The position numbers and the translations under genes are program-made. Source: Euglena gracilis (taxonomy: Eukaryota). Taken from it: DNA of 64,000 nucleotides. The notes under the pieces are model-generated. The model saw nothing but the letters and a program-made list of their open reading frames with translations. It did no database searches and was not told the origin of the DNA. The stretch lies in contig CP154954.1 in assembly GCA_039621445.1 (NCBI GenBank), positions 29,583,411-29,647,410 of the forward strand, read 5' to 3'. Below are positions 1 through 10,396 of the stretch, piece after piece (position 1 is the stretch's first letter; each line of letters begins with the position of its first letter).

Positions 1-789
1 GGAGGCAGAAACGAATGTCACCTGCTGCATTTTGAAATGCTTTTGCATTATCAGCAACAATACAGAAGACAAACACCTCCTTGGAATCCAAATCTTGGAT
101 GATTATTTCCAATTGCTTCAATATTTCAAGGGTGTTCAGGCATGGCACACGGAGGCTCCTCCAAAAATAAGATTTGCCCTCACAACCAATGGATACGTTC
201 AATAATCTCATCCGGTTCAAGGTCCCCCCATCCACCAGGAGGAAAACGTTCTTACTGCGCAACCTGAAAAAATATTTTTGCATGCACGGTAAAAATGAAA
301 AAAATACCTTTGCAAAAGAACATTCTCTGCATTACTCTTGAGCGTTTCGGTTGCGGATGCTAATTCATTTCGATCCATCTTCCGTGGGATTTGAACGCCG
401 AAGGCGTCACGGAAGGACTCATCATCCACCAATTGGTAAGGAAGCCCATTTTGTGCAAACGCAAGGACAACTTTTTCCCTTTGTTGGCGATCAACTTCGT
501 CCTTCATTCCGAAAGCACGAATGTCCATTTGACCTGAACCCTGTTCTTCTGCAGATCCCTCAACCGAGGCAAACTCCTTGCGGTGCACATCACGGATGTG
601 AATACGCAATCCATTTGTGGAGAAATTGGTTGCCTTGATAATCTGATTACAAGGAACTTTGGTGAGGGCACCATCAACATTTGCATCAATTTCCAATGTA
701 CACTTGTACAACTGGCCTTTCCAAGTCGCAGGTAAATCAGGCAAGGTCGTCTTATCAACGGCTTTGTAGAACTTCTTGAACACAGCCAT
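1..789 (-). CDS. hAT transposase (partial), with a 44-nt GT-AG intron at 264-307
   Basis: BED-like finger KCTLE...PCNQ...HIRDVH and LPYQLVDDESFR. Removing the intron restores the frame into FLLVDGGT and IVADNA, the typical hAT catalytic aspartate motifs. Confidence 0.85.
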
Positions 790-922
790 GATAATGAGAA
801 ACCTTCTGTGACGAAAAAATTTTTCGGCCGGGGTCCCAAGACCCAAGAATCTTGTCATTCTTGGGTACCCCCCCAAGAAGCAAGATCTTGGGGGGGTAAC
901 CCAAGACCCAAGACTCATCCTT
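1..922 (-). mobile_element. hAT-superfamily DNA transposon, 5' part; inserted into the RT of element A and running off the window edge
   Basis: Element A RT ORF stops abruptly at ~920. Subterminal CCCAAGA/TCTTGGG repeats at 835-915 precede a transposase gene. Confidence 0.8.
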
Positions 923-2924
923 GGTCTGCGGTGAGTGCCTGCCCCAAAACGTCTTCGAAGGCCGCGAAGATGGTTTCCCCACATCGAGTGACCTCCGTTT
1001 GTGCCTGGTAGGAATCTGAAGCGCGCAAAAGGTGGTTAACGCGGCATCCGTCTAGGCAGGACCGTAGCAGGTGGTGGGCTAGTTGAGCATCGGCCACGGA
1101 GGTCACCAGGTCAGCTGCCTCTTCCAGTTTGGAGGTGGCGTCGGTCCAGGCTCGGATTGTCTGTTCAGCGGTTGTGGGGAAGTCCACCGGGCAGCCCAGG
1201 ATGGTGATCCCGGATCCAGGTTCCCAGGGGACAACTTGGATGTGCTCGCGGGACGGCAAGGATGAGGCGGCAGGGCCCCACGCCACACACTTGGCCAGAT
1301 TCAGCTGCACTCCTGTGCGTCCGGCTTCGTGCTGAAGGAAGTCCAGGCATTTCTGCAAGCCCTTCGGCTCCCCCACGAGTAGGCCGTCGTCCAGGTACCA
1401 GACAGACCATGACAGTTCGGCCTCTTTGCTGATGGTCTCCACGATAGGCTGCAGCCCAACGGCGAACCCGATTGGGCCCAGGGGGCAGCCTTGGTGTGTC
1501 CCCCGTGTAGAGGCGAGTGTGCGGCCTTCACTGAAGAGTGGTGCAGGCTGGCCATATGCGAACCGCATATAGTTGAAGAGGGCTGGTGTGCGCGTTTGGG
1601 CCTCTTGTAGGATGACGGTCCGGTCGAGGCAGTTGAACGCATTTTTCAGATCCACCTGTAGTACTGCCCAATTTCCGCCCACATATAGCCGCCTGATGAG
1701 GTTCTGCGCCCCCAACGCAATGGACTCGGCAGCGTTGGGTATGCCCACCCCTGCTTGCACAGGTGCCAAGCGGCCGACTTGATCCTTGGCAACCCCGGTA
1801 CGAAGGAGGGCCTTGCCCACCAATCTGCGCAATGTGTCCCCCACCGCGATGGGCCGCACACCATCGTCTTTTTTGCGCAATGGAGTCAGATTTGCTGCAC
1901 ACCACCAAGGTGCGTGGTCCGTGGGCAAGGCGCCATCCACCCACGCCGCAGTTAGCCCTGCAAGAGCCGTCAAGAGGCGAGCACCATGGCCAGGTCGCCG
2001 CACAGCATCCTGAAGATGGCAGGGTCGCAGACCGGAAGGTCCGGGGGCTGAGGTGCGTGGGAAGCGAAGGATGGTATCGCGTAACAGTTCCTCCCATCGG
2101 ATCTGTTGCCCGTCGGGAAAAGCCGGTATTCTTCTAGGTAGGGCATCCAACTGTACTGGGCGACCGGGTGGGTGTAGCTCTTGCAGTCGGGTCCACACCG
2201 CGGGGTCAGTGGATCGGTGGGTTCCGTCTGACAGGAGGAGTTGCAGAGCCTTCGCCGGCGCTCCCTCACCAACGAGGCTTCTGGCCTTGCGCAAGACAGC
2301 GTCCGGCAAAGTGGACGGTTCAGTGCGGGCTCGTTTGGCCGCTCTTGTTTCAATGGTGGGCCGCGGAAGCTTTGTGGCGCTGTTAAGCTCAGTCAGTAAA
2401 GTGGCGTAGTCACCTTGGCGGAACATCTTCACTCGACGCCGAATGGCGGAGGCCACGTCTTCGGCTGCCTCTCGTCCGCTCGTGGGGACAGTGCGTAACA
2501 CGAGTTTGGGGAACGCTAGCACGCCGTAGAGCGCATCCGAAGTTGGGCGGGCCACGTACTCTGTGAGGACGTCCGCCAGGGTTTCCGTGACATCGCGTTG
2601 CGTCGACGCAGGTACATGAAGAACTGTATGAGCTCGCGACAGCAGGATTTCTTGCGGGTTGCCACAGTTCGGTGGCACCCGGAGTCTGTTTGCGCCCGTG
2701 TGGCGGAGGTCGTTGTTGTTCCCCGTCTCATCGATCACCATTGATGCTGGGATGTCGTCAATTGGGTGCGCTAGGTCGCCGCACATCGGGGCGGCGTTGG
2801 GTTGGTTGACCGGGGCCGCCGTAGCGTTTGCCGCTTCTACGGGGCGTTTGCGGCCAGCTGGGGGGCCAGGGTTGCTTTCGACGTCTCCGCACGATAGAAG
2901 ACACCCTCGCCCGGTTTTGGACAT
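915..2924 (-). CDS. 2A peptide + CRE-clade reverse transcriptase (C-terminally truncated)
   Basis: Motifs SAPGPSG, RPIAVGDTLRRL, DLKNAFN, GTHQGCPLGP, WYLDDG. Begins with GRGCLLSCGDVESNPGP. Confidence 0.92.
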   Translation of the reverse strand: MSKTGRGCLLSCGDVESNPGPPAGRKRPVEAANATAAPVNQPNAAPMCGDLAHPIDDIPASMVIDETGNNNDLRHTGANRLRVPPNCGNPQEILLSRAHTVLHVPASTQRDVTETLADVLTEYVARPTSDALYGVLAFPKLVLRTVPTSGREAAEDVASAIRRRVKMFRQGDYATLLTELNSATKLPRPTIETRAAKRARTEPSTLPDAVLRKARSLVGEGAPAKALQLLLSDGTHRSTDPAVWTRLQELHPPGRPVQLDALPRRIPAFPDGQQIRWEELLRDTILRFPRTSAPGPSGLRPCHLQDAVRRPGHGARLLTALAGLTAAWVDGALPTDHAPWWCAANLTPLRKKDDGVRPIAVGDTLRRLVGKALLRTGVAKDQVGRLAPVQAGVGIPNAAESIALGAQNLIRRLYVGGNWAVLQVDLKNAFNCLDRTVILQEAQTRTPALFNYMRFAYGQPAPLFSEGRTLASTRGTHQGCPLGPIGFAVGLQPIVETISKEAELSWSVWYLDDGLLVGEPKGLQKCLDFLQHEAGRTGVQLNLAKCVAWGPAASSLPSREHIQVVPWEPGSGITILGCPVDFPTTAEQTIRAWTDATSKLEEAADLVTSVADAQLAHHLLRSCLDGCRVNHLLRASDSYQAQTEVTRCGETIFAAFEDVLGQALTADQG
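2862..2912 (-). other. 2A/StopGo peptide GRGCLLSCGDVESNPG-P
   Basis: Matches D(V/I)ExNPGP with a T2A-like upstream context. Confidence 0.9.
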
Positions 2925-4189
2925 GCTTTCGCGGACACAGGCAATGCCACCGTCCGGGGCGCCACGTAGTGGTTCCGCCTAGAATGTTTTGGATGTCTTG
3001 GATTCGGTGAGGATGCACTCGTGCCAGGGCGGTAGGTCCGGGGGGCGACGTAGTGGTCGCTGTCCGTCAGGTCCTTGCCCTTGGCTGAGGTAGGCACTGG
3101 CAGTTTGGCCGCTCCGAGATATGCAGACGTTCGGCCTGGATGGCCCTGGCCCGAGAATTGCGCCTCCCCCTGGTTTGCCGGCTCCACCACGTCCATCCGA
3201 GAAGATAATTGAAATCAGCGACCTCAAAAACCCCTTACTTGGCCGCTTTTGGTGGCTTGGAGAAAACACCAATGCCCGTATGTTGCAGTGAGCGAGGAGC
3301 TTGAGGCTCCGCTCTCCACCAGAACGGTCTAGACGAATGCCGGCTCTGGCGGCTCCACTGCGGCGATTTGAGTAGATATTCGGACTTGGCGACCTCAAAA
3401 ACCCCCCTGAGGGGCCTCTCAGTGGGCTCTGCCGGGTCATTGTCGCGGAGAAATGGTAATGGCCGCGACCAGGCGGCAGTGGTTCCCCTAGCCCAGGGGA
3501 AGGGAAAATTCGGCATGGCCGTTTCTGGCCCCCCGCCGTGTTTCGGCGGGATGACGGCCGCTTTTTCGGGTCCGCTGCCCTCGAAAAACCCCCTTGCGGG
3601 CATCTGAGCGGGCGTCGCTGGGTGGCCATCATGAAGGAACTGTGATGGACGCGGAAGGGAGGCAGTGGCTCCTGTGTGCCACGGGACCTGAAAACTCGGT
3701 CTGGCTGTTTCCGGCCTGCCGCCGCCTGTCGGCGGGCAGGGGGCCGTATTTTCGGTATCGCCGCCATCGGTAACCCCCATCTGGGGCACCTCAGTGGCCT
3801 GCGCCTGGGACCCAAGGGGAAGAGTTTGTTGCTACCGCCGTTAGCTTGGAGTCTTTGCCGTCCGCCATGGAACTGTGAAGTTCGGCCCCGCCGTTTCCGG
3901 CCCCCTTCCGCTACACTCCAAAGGGGCAAGCGTTTGTGGCAGGAGCGGGGGTGGCAGAACTGTGCAATCTGTGGGTAGCTGGGTCCACCACTGTTGCTCC
4001 CAATGACTTCGGTGCAATCTCCAGGGTCCTCTGTTTGGGGTATCCGCAGGAGTTTCATTGGAATTTTAGGGCAGAATATCTCACCAATCTTTTTAATGTT
4101 TTGGCTGGAATCTCTATGGTCCACTGCTGTGGTTTTCTCCTGGGGTTGAGCTGGTGGGAAAACCTTCTGCAGCAATTTTGGAAAGCACA

Positions 4190-4560
4190 AAGCCAAACCC
4201 AAGATTTGGGAGCAAAATGTCTGCAAATTGGGTCCACGAATCTGGATCGAGATGTCGATGTGCTGCTGGGGCTGGCTCTCCCAGGGCTTGGGTCCACCAA
4301 TCTTGACCGAGATGTCGATGTGCTTGTGGTGTGGCTTCTCCTTGGGCTTGCTCTCCCAGAGCTTGGGTCCACCAATCTTGTTCAAGATGTCGATGTGTTG
4401 CTGCTGCTGCTGCTTCTCCTGGGGCTGGCTCTCCCAGGGCTTGGGCCACCAATCTTGTTCAAGAAGTCGATGTGCTGCTGCTGTTGCTGCCTCTCCTGGG
4501 GCTGGGTCTCCCAGGGCTTGGGCCACCAATGTCGATGTAAATGTGCTGCTGCTGGGTGGC
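4190..4560 (-). repeat. ~60-bp imperfect tandem repeats in the 5' region of element A
   Basis: Recurring CCACCAATCTTG...GATGTCGATGTG...CTCCCAGGGCTTGGG; translates as repeated GGPKPWESQP...HIDI units. Confidence 0.8.
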
Positions 4561-4786
4561 TGAATCTCACCCTTCTTCTCCCGGGGCTGAATCTCCCAGG
4601 GCATTACAGATGTCGCTGTGGACTCCGGGGGTTGTGGGAATCCCCCGGGTCGGCGAGGCTGTCGTTGCAAATGAGCCAGTAGGGTGAACTCAGAGTAGAT
4701 TAACAATGAACTTCGAGAGGTCGAACGCCTGGAACTTCAAAATATACCCCACGTGGGGCTTTCACTTGTCCGACATTATATGCGAA

Positions 4787-4811
4787 CGAAAAAAAATAGA
4801 CACTCAGAAAG
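4787..4811 (-). other. Euglenid spliced-leader exon copy at the 5' end of element A
   Basis: CTTTCTGAGTGTCTATTTTTTTTCG, 25 of the 26 nt of the Euglena SL ACTTTCTGAGTGTCTATTTTTTTTCG. Not followed by GT. Confidence 0.9.
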
Positions 4812-5094
4812 GCTTCGCGAAATTAGGATTCTGTTTCGGACCAGGGCATGCGGGAGGGGGACCCAGCCCACACCATCCCAGGCAGGGATTCGGCCTTAGC
4901 CCCTCGGGGCCTCCTTCGCCTTCTGTCGGCGCTCCTTCCTTCTCCTTCCTCTTGACTTCTCTGGCGAGCCTCCGCACTCGCCATGCCCCATGCCCCACTG
5001 GGGCCCAATGCCAACTTCCGTCATCACCATCTCCCGAATGTCCATCTCGACCATCTCCATGTCTGGAATGTCCATCCAGCCCATCCACATGTCT

Positions 5095-5200
5095 GAAATG
5101 TCCATCTCTGGCATTTCCATCCTTGGCATTCCCGTCTCTGGCATTTCCGTCCTTGGCATTCACATCTCTGGCATTTTCATCCTTGGCATTCCCGTCTCTG
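5095..5200. repeat. 15-bp tandem repeats (DGNAR/DGNAK on the minus strand)
   Basis: Repeated TCTCTGGCATTTCCATCCTTGGCATT units. Confidence 0.7.
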
Positions 5201-5775
5201 ACACGTCCTTCCACAGCATCCACCAGCCTGGCATCAGAGGCCACCCTGCCATGGGCCCTGAGCCTGCCACTAGCAGCTGCTGCTGCACGACTGGCACACC
5301 ACGAACAGCCACAATCCATCAAAACTTGAATAATACTCCATCAGGTTGATGTTCACTCCTTCAGTCCACGCCTTCTTGATGATCTCCTGCATGCACATGC
5401 CATGCCTGATCCCGGCATGGCGGACAGCCGCCACGTGGCTGGTAGGCATGTTATTTAACTGGAGTGTTCAGTTTGTGTAGGGGGTGTGGGCCTCACCACT
5501 CCCACAACCCCATGGCGGCTGGCCCCTGGCGCCTGCAGGCCACTGGCTGGGATCCATCAATTCACCCAGGGGGCCTGGCACCCACCTGGGACTTTCCTTG
5601 TCACTTTTCATTGTAATCCCACTTCCCAATTCCCAGCGCTGGCACAAATCACAATACTTCCCAGAACTGAACAACCAAAGTCAAACTGAACATGCTGCTT
5701 GCCACTGTAAACACAAACACAGACAGAATTTTGTGTAATTCCTAATTCGTCTGCTGTAATCTTAATCTCTTTCCC

Positions 5776-5801
5776 ACTTTCTGAGTGTCAATTTTTTTTG
5801 G
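5776..5801 (+). other. Spliced-leader exon copy at the 5' end of element B
   Basis: ACTTTCTGAGTGTCAATTTTTTTTGG, 2 mismatches to the SL; ATG follows at 5820. Confidence 0.85.
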
Positions 5802-5819
5802 ATCTCCGCATAAACCGCC

Positions 5820-7159
5820 ATGTCGGGGGCCGCGGCCCCAGAAGACCCGCCAGCCGTGCTGGAAGTGCCGCTGGACAACGTCATCCTCAACAAAAAATTG
5901 ACTTCGGTGCTGGACCAAGTGGGCCTGGTGGCCCAGAATATGATGCTGTTGGCGAGCAAGGTGGAGGCCCTGGCCGACAAGGTGGAGGAAGGTCGACCAG
6001 GAAAAAGAAAAAGACAAGCTGAAGAAGATTATGAAGACTACCTCTGACAACAGCACCAGAACAAGTACATCCCCCGCCACCTCCGCCACCAGCAACAGCA
6101 GCAGCCTGAGCAGCCCTTACCTCTCCCCTGGCCCCCACACACACACCCACACCAACACTCACACATCACACATTTAAATCCCCAGGGGATGCCTGGAAGG
6201 ACTGCCCAGCACCAACAGCAGCAGCAACAGCTGCAGCCCCAAATGGGGCCACAAATGGGCAGCCAAATGGGGACCCAAATGGGCATGACCATCCCCACCA
6301 TGAGCGCCAGTGCCACAGCCAACAACCACCAAGGGCTGCAGCTCCCCATCGACCTGTTGCGACAGCTGCTGGTGCAAATCATGTTGCTGCTGTTTGGAAA
6401 TGTTACACAACAAAATGTCAGCAACATGGCCAATGCTGTCTCACAATTAATGGCCCCCCCATCTGGAACATTTGGACCCTGTCCTCCACATGTGCTCCCC
6501 CTTGTGCCCTGCCCTGTGCCCTGCCCAAGCCAAAGGGGGGAAGGGGGGGGACAGGAGGTCACAAAAAAGACAAGACCCCCCCCAAATGCAAATGCAAAAA
6601 AATGCACCACAACATTCTGGAAAAATTAAGGACCATGTCCACACTGGAAAAACAGCAAGTGGCACAGATTGTGGAGGAAAGAAAAACAGCACAGATGTCT
6701 GCACAGACCAGGGCTGGCAAAACCCAAACCACAGCAAAGCTGCCCACAAACTCGGTGACAGCCGCAGACGACTGGTCTGTGCTGTCCTCGACGGATGCCT
6801 CCATCTGGGGGGAGTGGACTGGCCAAAGAAAAAAATACAAAAAAGCCCTCGTGGACCAGTGGTTGGAAAACATCCATATCACTGTGGCCCCCGTTCCCCC
6901 TCACCCCCCCGGACGCACCTGGTCTGACCTGGCGGACGATGAGGTCCAGCTCCTCCTGTATGCACCTTGTGCTCCGCTCCAGGGCGGGGGGAAGTCCGGT
7001 GGCAGTTCCTCGCCAAATCATGGGGGACAGGACACACCCTGGGCACCCACAGGGCCGGCCCCCCCCCTCTGGCCGGCAGACCTGTGGCTCAATCACCACA
7101 CGAACAAAAGCCACAGGGACATTCTCTGCTGTGGGGATATCGAAGAAAACCCGGGCCCT
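5820..7159 (+). pseudogene. ORF1-like N-terminal segment of element B (coiled-coil-like and Q-rich), ending at the first 2A
   Basis: ORF pieces 5820-6047, 6189-6629 and 6602 onward, broken by stops/frameshifts; ends HRDILCCGDIEENPGP. Confidence 0.6.
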
Positions 7160-7789
7160 TGTTCCGGGGGGCCAGCCGGCCAAACAGCCCGTCTGACACC
7201 GGACGAGATATGGGACGAACTATACTGGAATGGCCAGCGCTGGAGGTGGCAACGTCTGCGCACCACGGCCACAGCGGGCCCATCCTCTGAGGCCCCGGCC
7301 CACGTCGGCCCAGGGACCGAATTTGCGAAATGCCGCCTGTGCTTTCAGCACATCAACCTGTCGTCTCTCTGGGACATGCAGTCTCATCACTGCCAGGCAG
7401 GTAGACCGTTCGGCAACATCTTTTCGCTCACCACAGTCCGGGAAGACAATTGGCGCTGGGACCTACACCACCTAGAATCCCTACCAAATGGCGAGTGGTG
7501 GCTGGTCCGCTGCAAGGTCTGTGGATGGTCGACAGAAACCCCTTACCCGGCACCCCTACTGAGCCACATGCAACTTTGTACACCACCGTCTCTCTCTGAC
7601 TTGGAAAGCGACTTGGAAGGGGACGATGAACACGACGAAGATGATAACAAGCATGCGGTCTACTCACGCGGCCACAGGAAGGTCAACGTCCCTGGATCCA
7701 ACAGCCCGCTACCTGGCTCGCCTCACTCATCCACCGGCAGGGGCGAGGACATCCTCACCGCTGGAGACGTCGAATGCAATCCGGGCCCC
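7160..7789 (+). CDS. 2A-flanked module with two Cys/His zinc-finger-like motifs and an acidic tract
   Basis: CRLC...HHC and CKVC...HMQLC, then DLESDLEGDDEHDEDD, then GRGEDILTAGDVECNPGP. Confidence 0.7.
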
Positions 7790-7834
7790 AGTAGTGCCAC
7801 ACGACCCCCTGAGGACCTCCCACGCCGAGTACCA

Positions 7835-9449
7835 CCGGGGGCCGACAATTACCGCGGGTGGGTAATTCCCGCTCGGGCTTAAACGCGGCCATTTTAGGCG
7901 CGCTGTATTACCGCGCGCTCCACGGCCGAAGCGCGCTAATAAACCCCGCGTTAATAAACCCCGCGCTATTACCCAAATCGCGGAACACTCACCATTCCTT
8001 ATTTTTTTTTATTCAGGACGTTTGCTCCCCAGCCCGCAGGCACGCAATGTGCCCTGGTAAAGAAGGGGTTTTTTTGGCACATCACATATCTGAAAAGTGA
8101 AACCTGGAGGTGTTCAAGTTTCAAGGACTGGTATCAAGTGTTTATCCAGTTTATGTATTCTTTCAACCTCAAGTAACAAGTCAGGACAAAGAACACACGC
8201 CAAGCGGAAGAAAAGACTTCAAGATTTACTGCTGCGCAGAACTTCAACGTGCTGACTTACATACTATACTTATTACTATACTTACTATACTTATTACGTG
8301 CTGACTTACATACTGACTTATTGGAACAATGATAATTGAGGACCTGAGCATGTCCCTGCTAAACTGCTCCATGTTGTTGGGAATCGCCGTTTTGTATGTT
8401 CTCTGATTCCTGTTGCTGTGCCTAGAAACTGGAAGGTTTTTTGTTTGTCTGTCCATTTTGTTGCACCGTAATGGTAATCTGGGCATCAGAATTTGCTTTA
8501 CAGTTTTTGATTCACATTCACATCTTGGGACCAGTTTTGGGGGTGACTTTGGGGTGACAGCATCATTTCATTTCTCTGTGGCATGTCTTCACAATGCTTT
8601 TTTCAAAATACTGTTCCAACAAATCCTTTCAACGTTTTCTTCTGGATATTTCTGTGACATCATTCAAGCAACATCTGACACATTTTGCACATCAGTTTTC
8701 ACTGAGGGTGCATGCATCTCTTTTCCCAAAATGAAACTTTTTCTGAAAACTTTTTCTGGGGAGATGACTCTTTCTTTCAAGAAAAGTTTGTAATTTTTGT
8801 CCTTTGAGCTCCCCCCGCATTGCAACTATTTTTTCTTGGAAGCGAATTGCACACCCCCCGTTTTTAAAAAAAGCACACTGCCAGAGGTTTCTTTCAATAT
8901 TCTAGTTGTGACGTTTCGTTTCAAACGTTTTTTTTTTGTTCCTCAGGCACTCCACAAAAACCAGTCAGTCACTTATTTTCGGAAAACCAGCCAGTCACCC
9001 CCCCGGGGGGGGGGAGTCGGCCACTCAAAAAAAAAGGCCACTCAAAAAAATAGGCCACTTTCCAGACATTCTCGGCCAAAAAACTTTTCCCTTTTACACC
9101 GCTGGCTAACCCCCCGAACAAAAACCAGTACGTAACTCTGAAACCACCGCCCCCCCAGGGGTTCAGCCAGTACTTAGGCAATCACTGTCGCCCAGGAGTT
9201 GAGCCACCGTCAACCTTTTTTTTGAGGTTTCTAAGTAAGCAATGCGCCGCGGGCAGGGTTTGCCGTTCCGAACACTAATCGGCGGTCACGCCCTGGGACT
9301 TCGGGCCTCACTAAACTCCTCTTTCCGTGCTTCCCAGAAGGCGAGGGGGGGTTGTTTGTCCCCGCGGGCCCCTGGGCCGGCGCGTTGTAAAACCCCGCGG
9401 TAATTGTCGTCGCGGCAATTACCCACCCGCGGTAATTGTCGGACCCCGG
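7835..9449. mobile_element. Non-autonomous TIR DNA transposon with a 2-bp CA target-site duplication (possibly CACTA/Mirage-like)
   Basis: TIR CCGGGG(G/T)CCGACAATTACCGCGGGTGGGTAATT at both ends. Removing it restores EDLPRRVPREDFM in frame, matching the empty site in paralog D (~26180). Confidence 0.9.
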
Positions 9450-9451
9450 CA

Positions 9452-10396
9452 CGCGAGGATTTTATGCTGGACCCCCCGTGGTTCCAGGTCGTAGTCCGGG
9501 CCCTTTCGCCGGACAACTCGCCCACCATCGACGCCTTCGCCGACCAGAACAACACACAGCTAGCCCACTTCTGGTCACAAAGGGAGGACGCCTTCCTCCA
9601 TAACTGGTTCCTGCCGAATCCAATATGGTGCAACCCGCCTTTTTCCTTGCTCCCTCGTGTTCTTCAGCACGTCCTCCGCCATGGGGGCAACATCATCCTC
9701 CTCGCACCGGACTGGTCCAATGTGCTGGCCGGCCTTCGGAGCATCTCCTCGGGCAGCTTGACCCTGCCACGGTGCCCTATCTATCGGGCCAGGGGGACGG
9801 CACTGCTCCCGACCCCAGGCTGGGCAACTGTGGCCCTGTGGATACACCACCCATGCCACCCTCCACTGAGCAGTGCCCCGGGGCCAGTGAGGCCCGTCTC
9901 CCGCGCAAGCTACTCGGAACGTCCGCCTCGTGCCTCTCACACACCGTATCCGCTCGTGCCCCTCCTCTCCCTGGGACAGCACCGCCTCATCAGAAAGCGA
10001 ACCGCCTGTCACGGCGGGGAAACATTCCACCTGCGGGACTACGCGGGCCGGACTTTCCTGATCTACCACGACGCCCTCTGGGACATCCGGGGCACCTCAC
10101 CCCACTGGTGCCAACGCTGTGGACTGTGGCAATGGCCATGGGACTGTCCCACGCTACTTCCCCAACACTTCGCCGCACCCAAAACACCACTTCTCCGGCC
10201 GGCCTTCCGGCTGAACCCCACCCCACGCTCCCTCCTTGGCGCTGTACAAGCACCACCGGCTGAGACAGCGCCGGTCCACCCGGCACCAAAAAACGACCGG
10301 CGTAGTCCGTCACTGGGCGGTCCCTCCACCTTGGGGACCAACCGTGGACGGGGTAGCCTCCTCACCTGTGGGGATGTGGAGGAGAACCCTGGGCCG
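9452..10396 (+). CDS. Dam-like (phage/DIRS-type) DNA N6-adenine methyltransferase module of element B, ending in a T2A-like peptide
   Basis: EDFML...TIDAFADQNN...DAFLHNW...WCNPPFSLLPRVL...ILLAPDW, with the NPPF catalytic motif. Confidence 0.85.

Larger units (their letters stand above)
921..4811 (-). mobile_element. Element A: CRE-like non-LTR retrotransposon starting with the SL; 3' part interrupted by the hAT
   Basis: SL at 4787-4811, Q/P-rich repetitive 5' region, 2A motif, then RT. Confidence 0.8.

Noticed and set aside
2979-4706. 575-aa ORF as a host gene
   Set aside because: Repetitive, no recognisable domain, non-ATG start, and located between the SL and 2A of element A.
10346-10396. 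T2A as cloning-vector contamination
   Set aside because: It is in frame within a native element, with a diverged paralog and several related variants and no vector features nearby.
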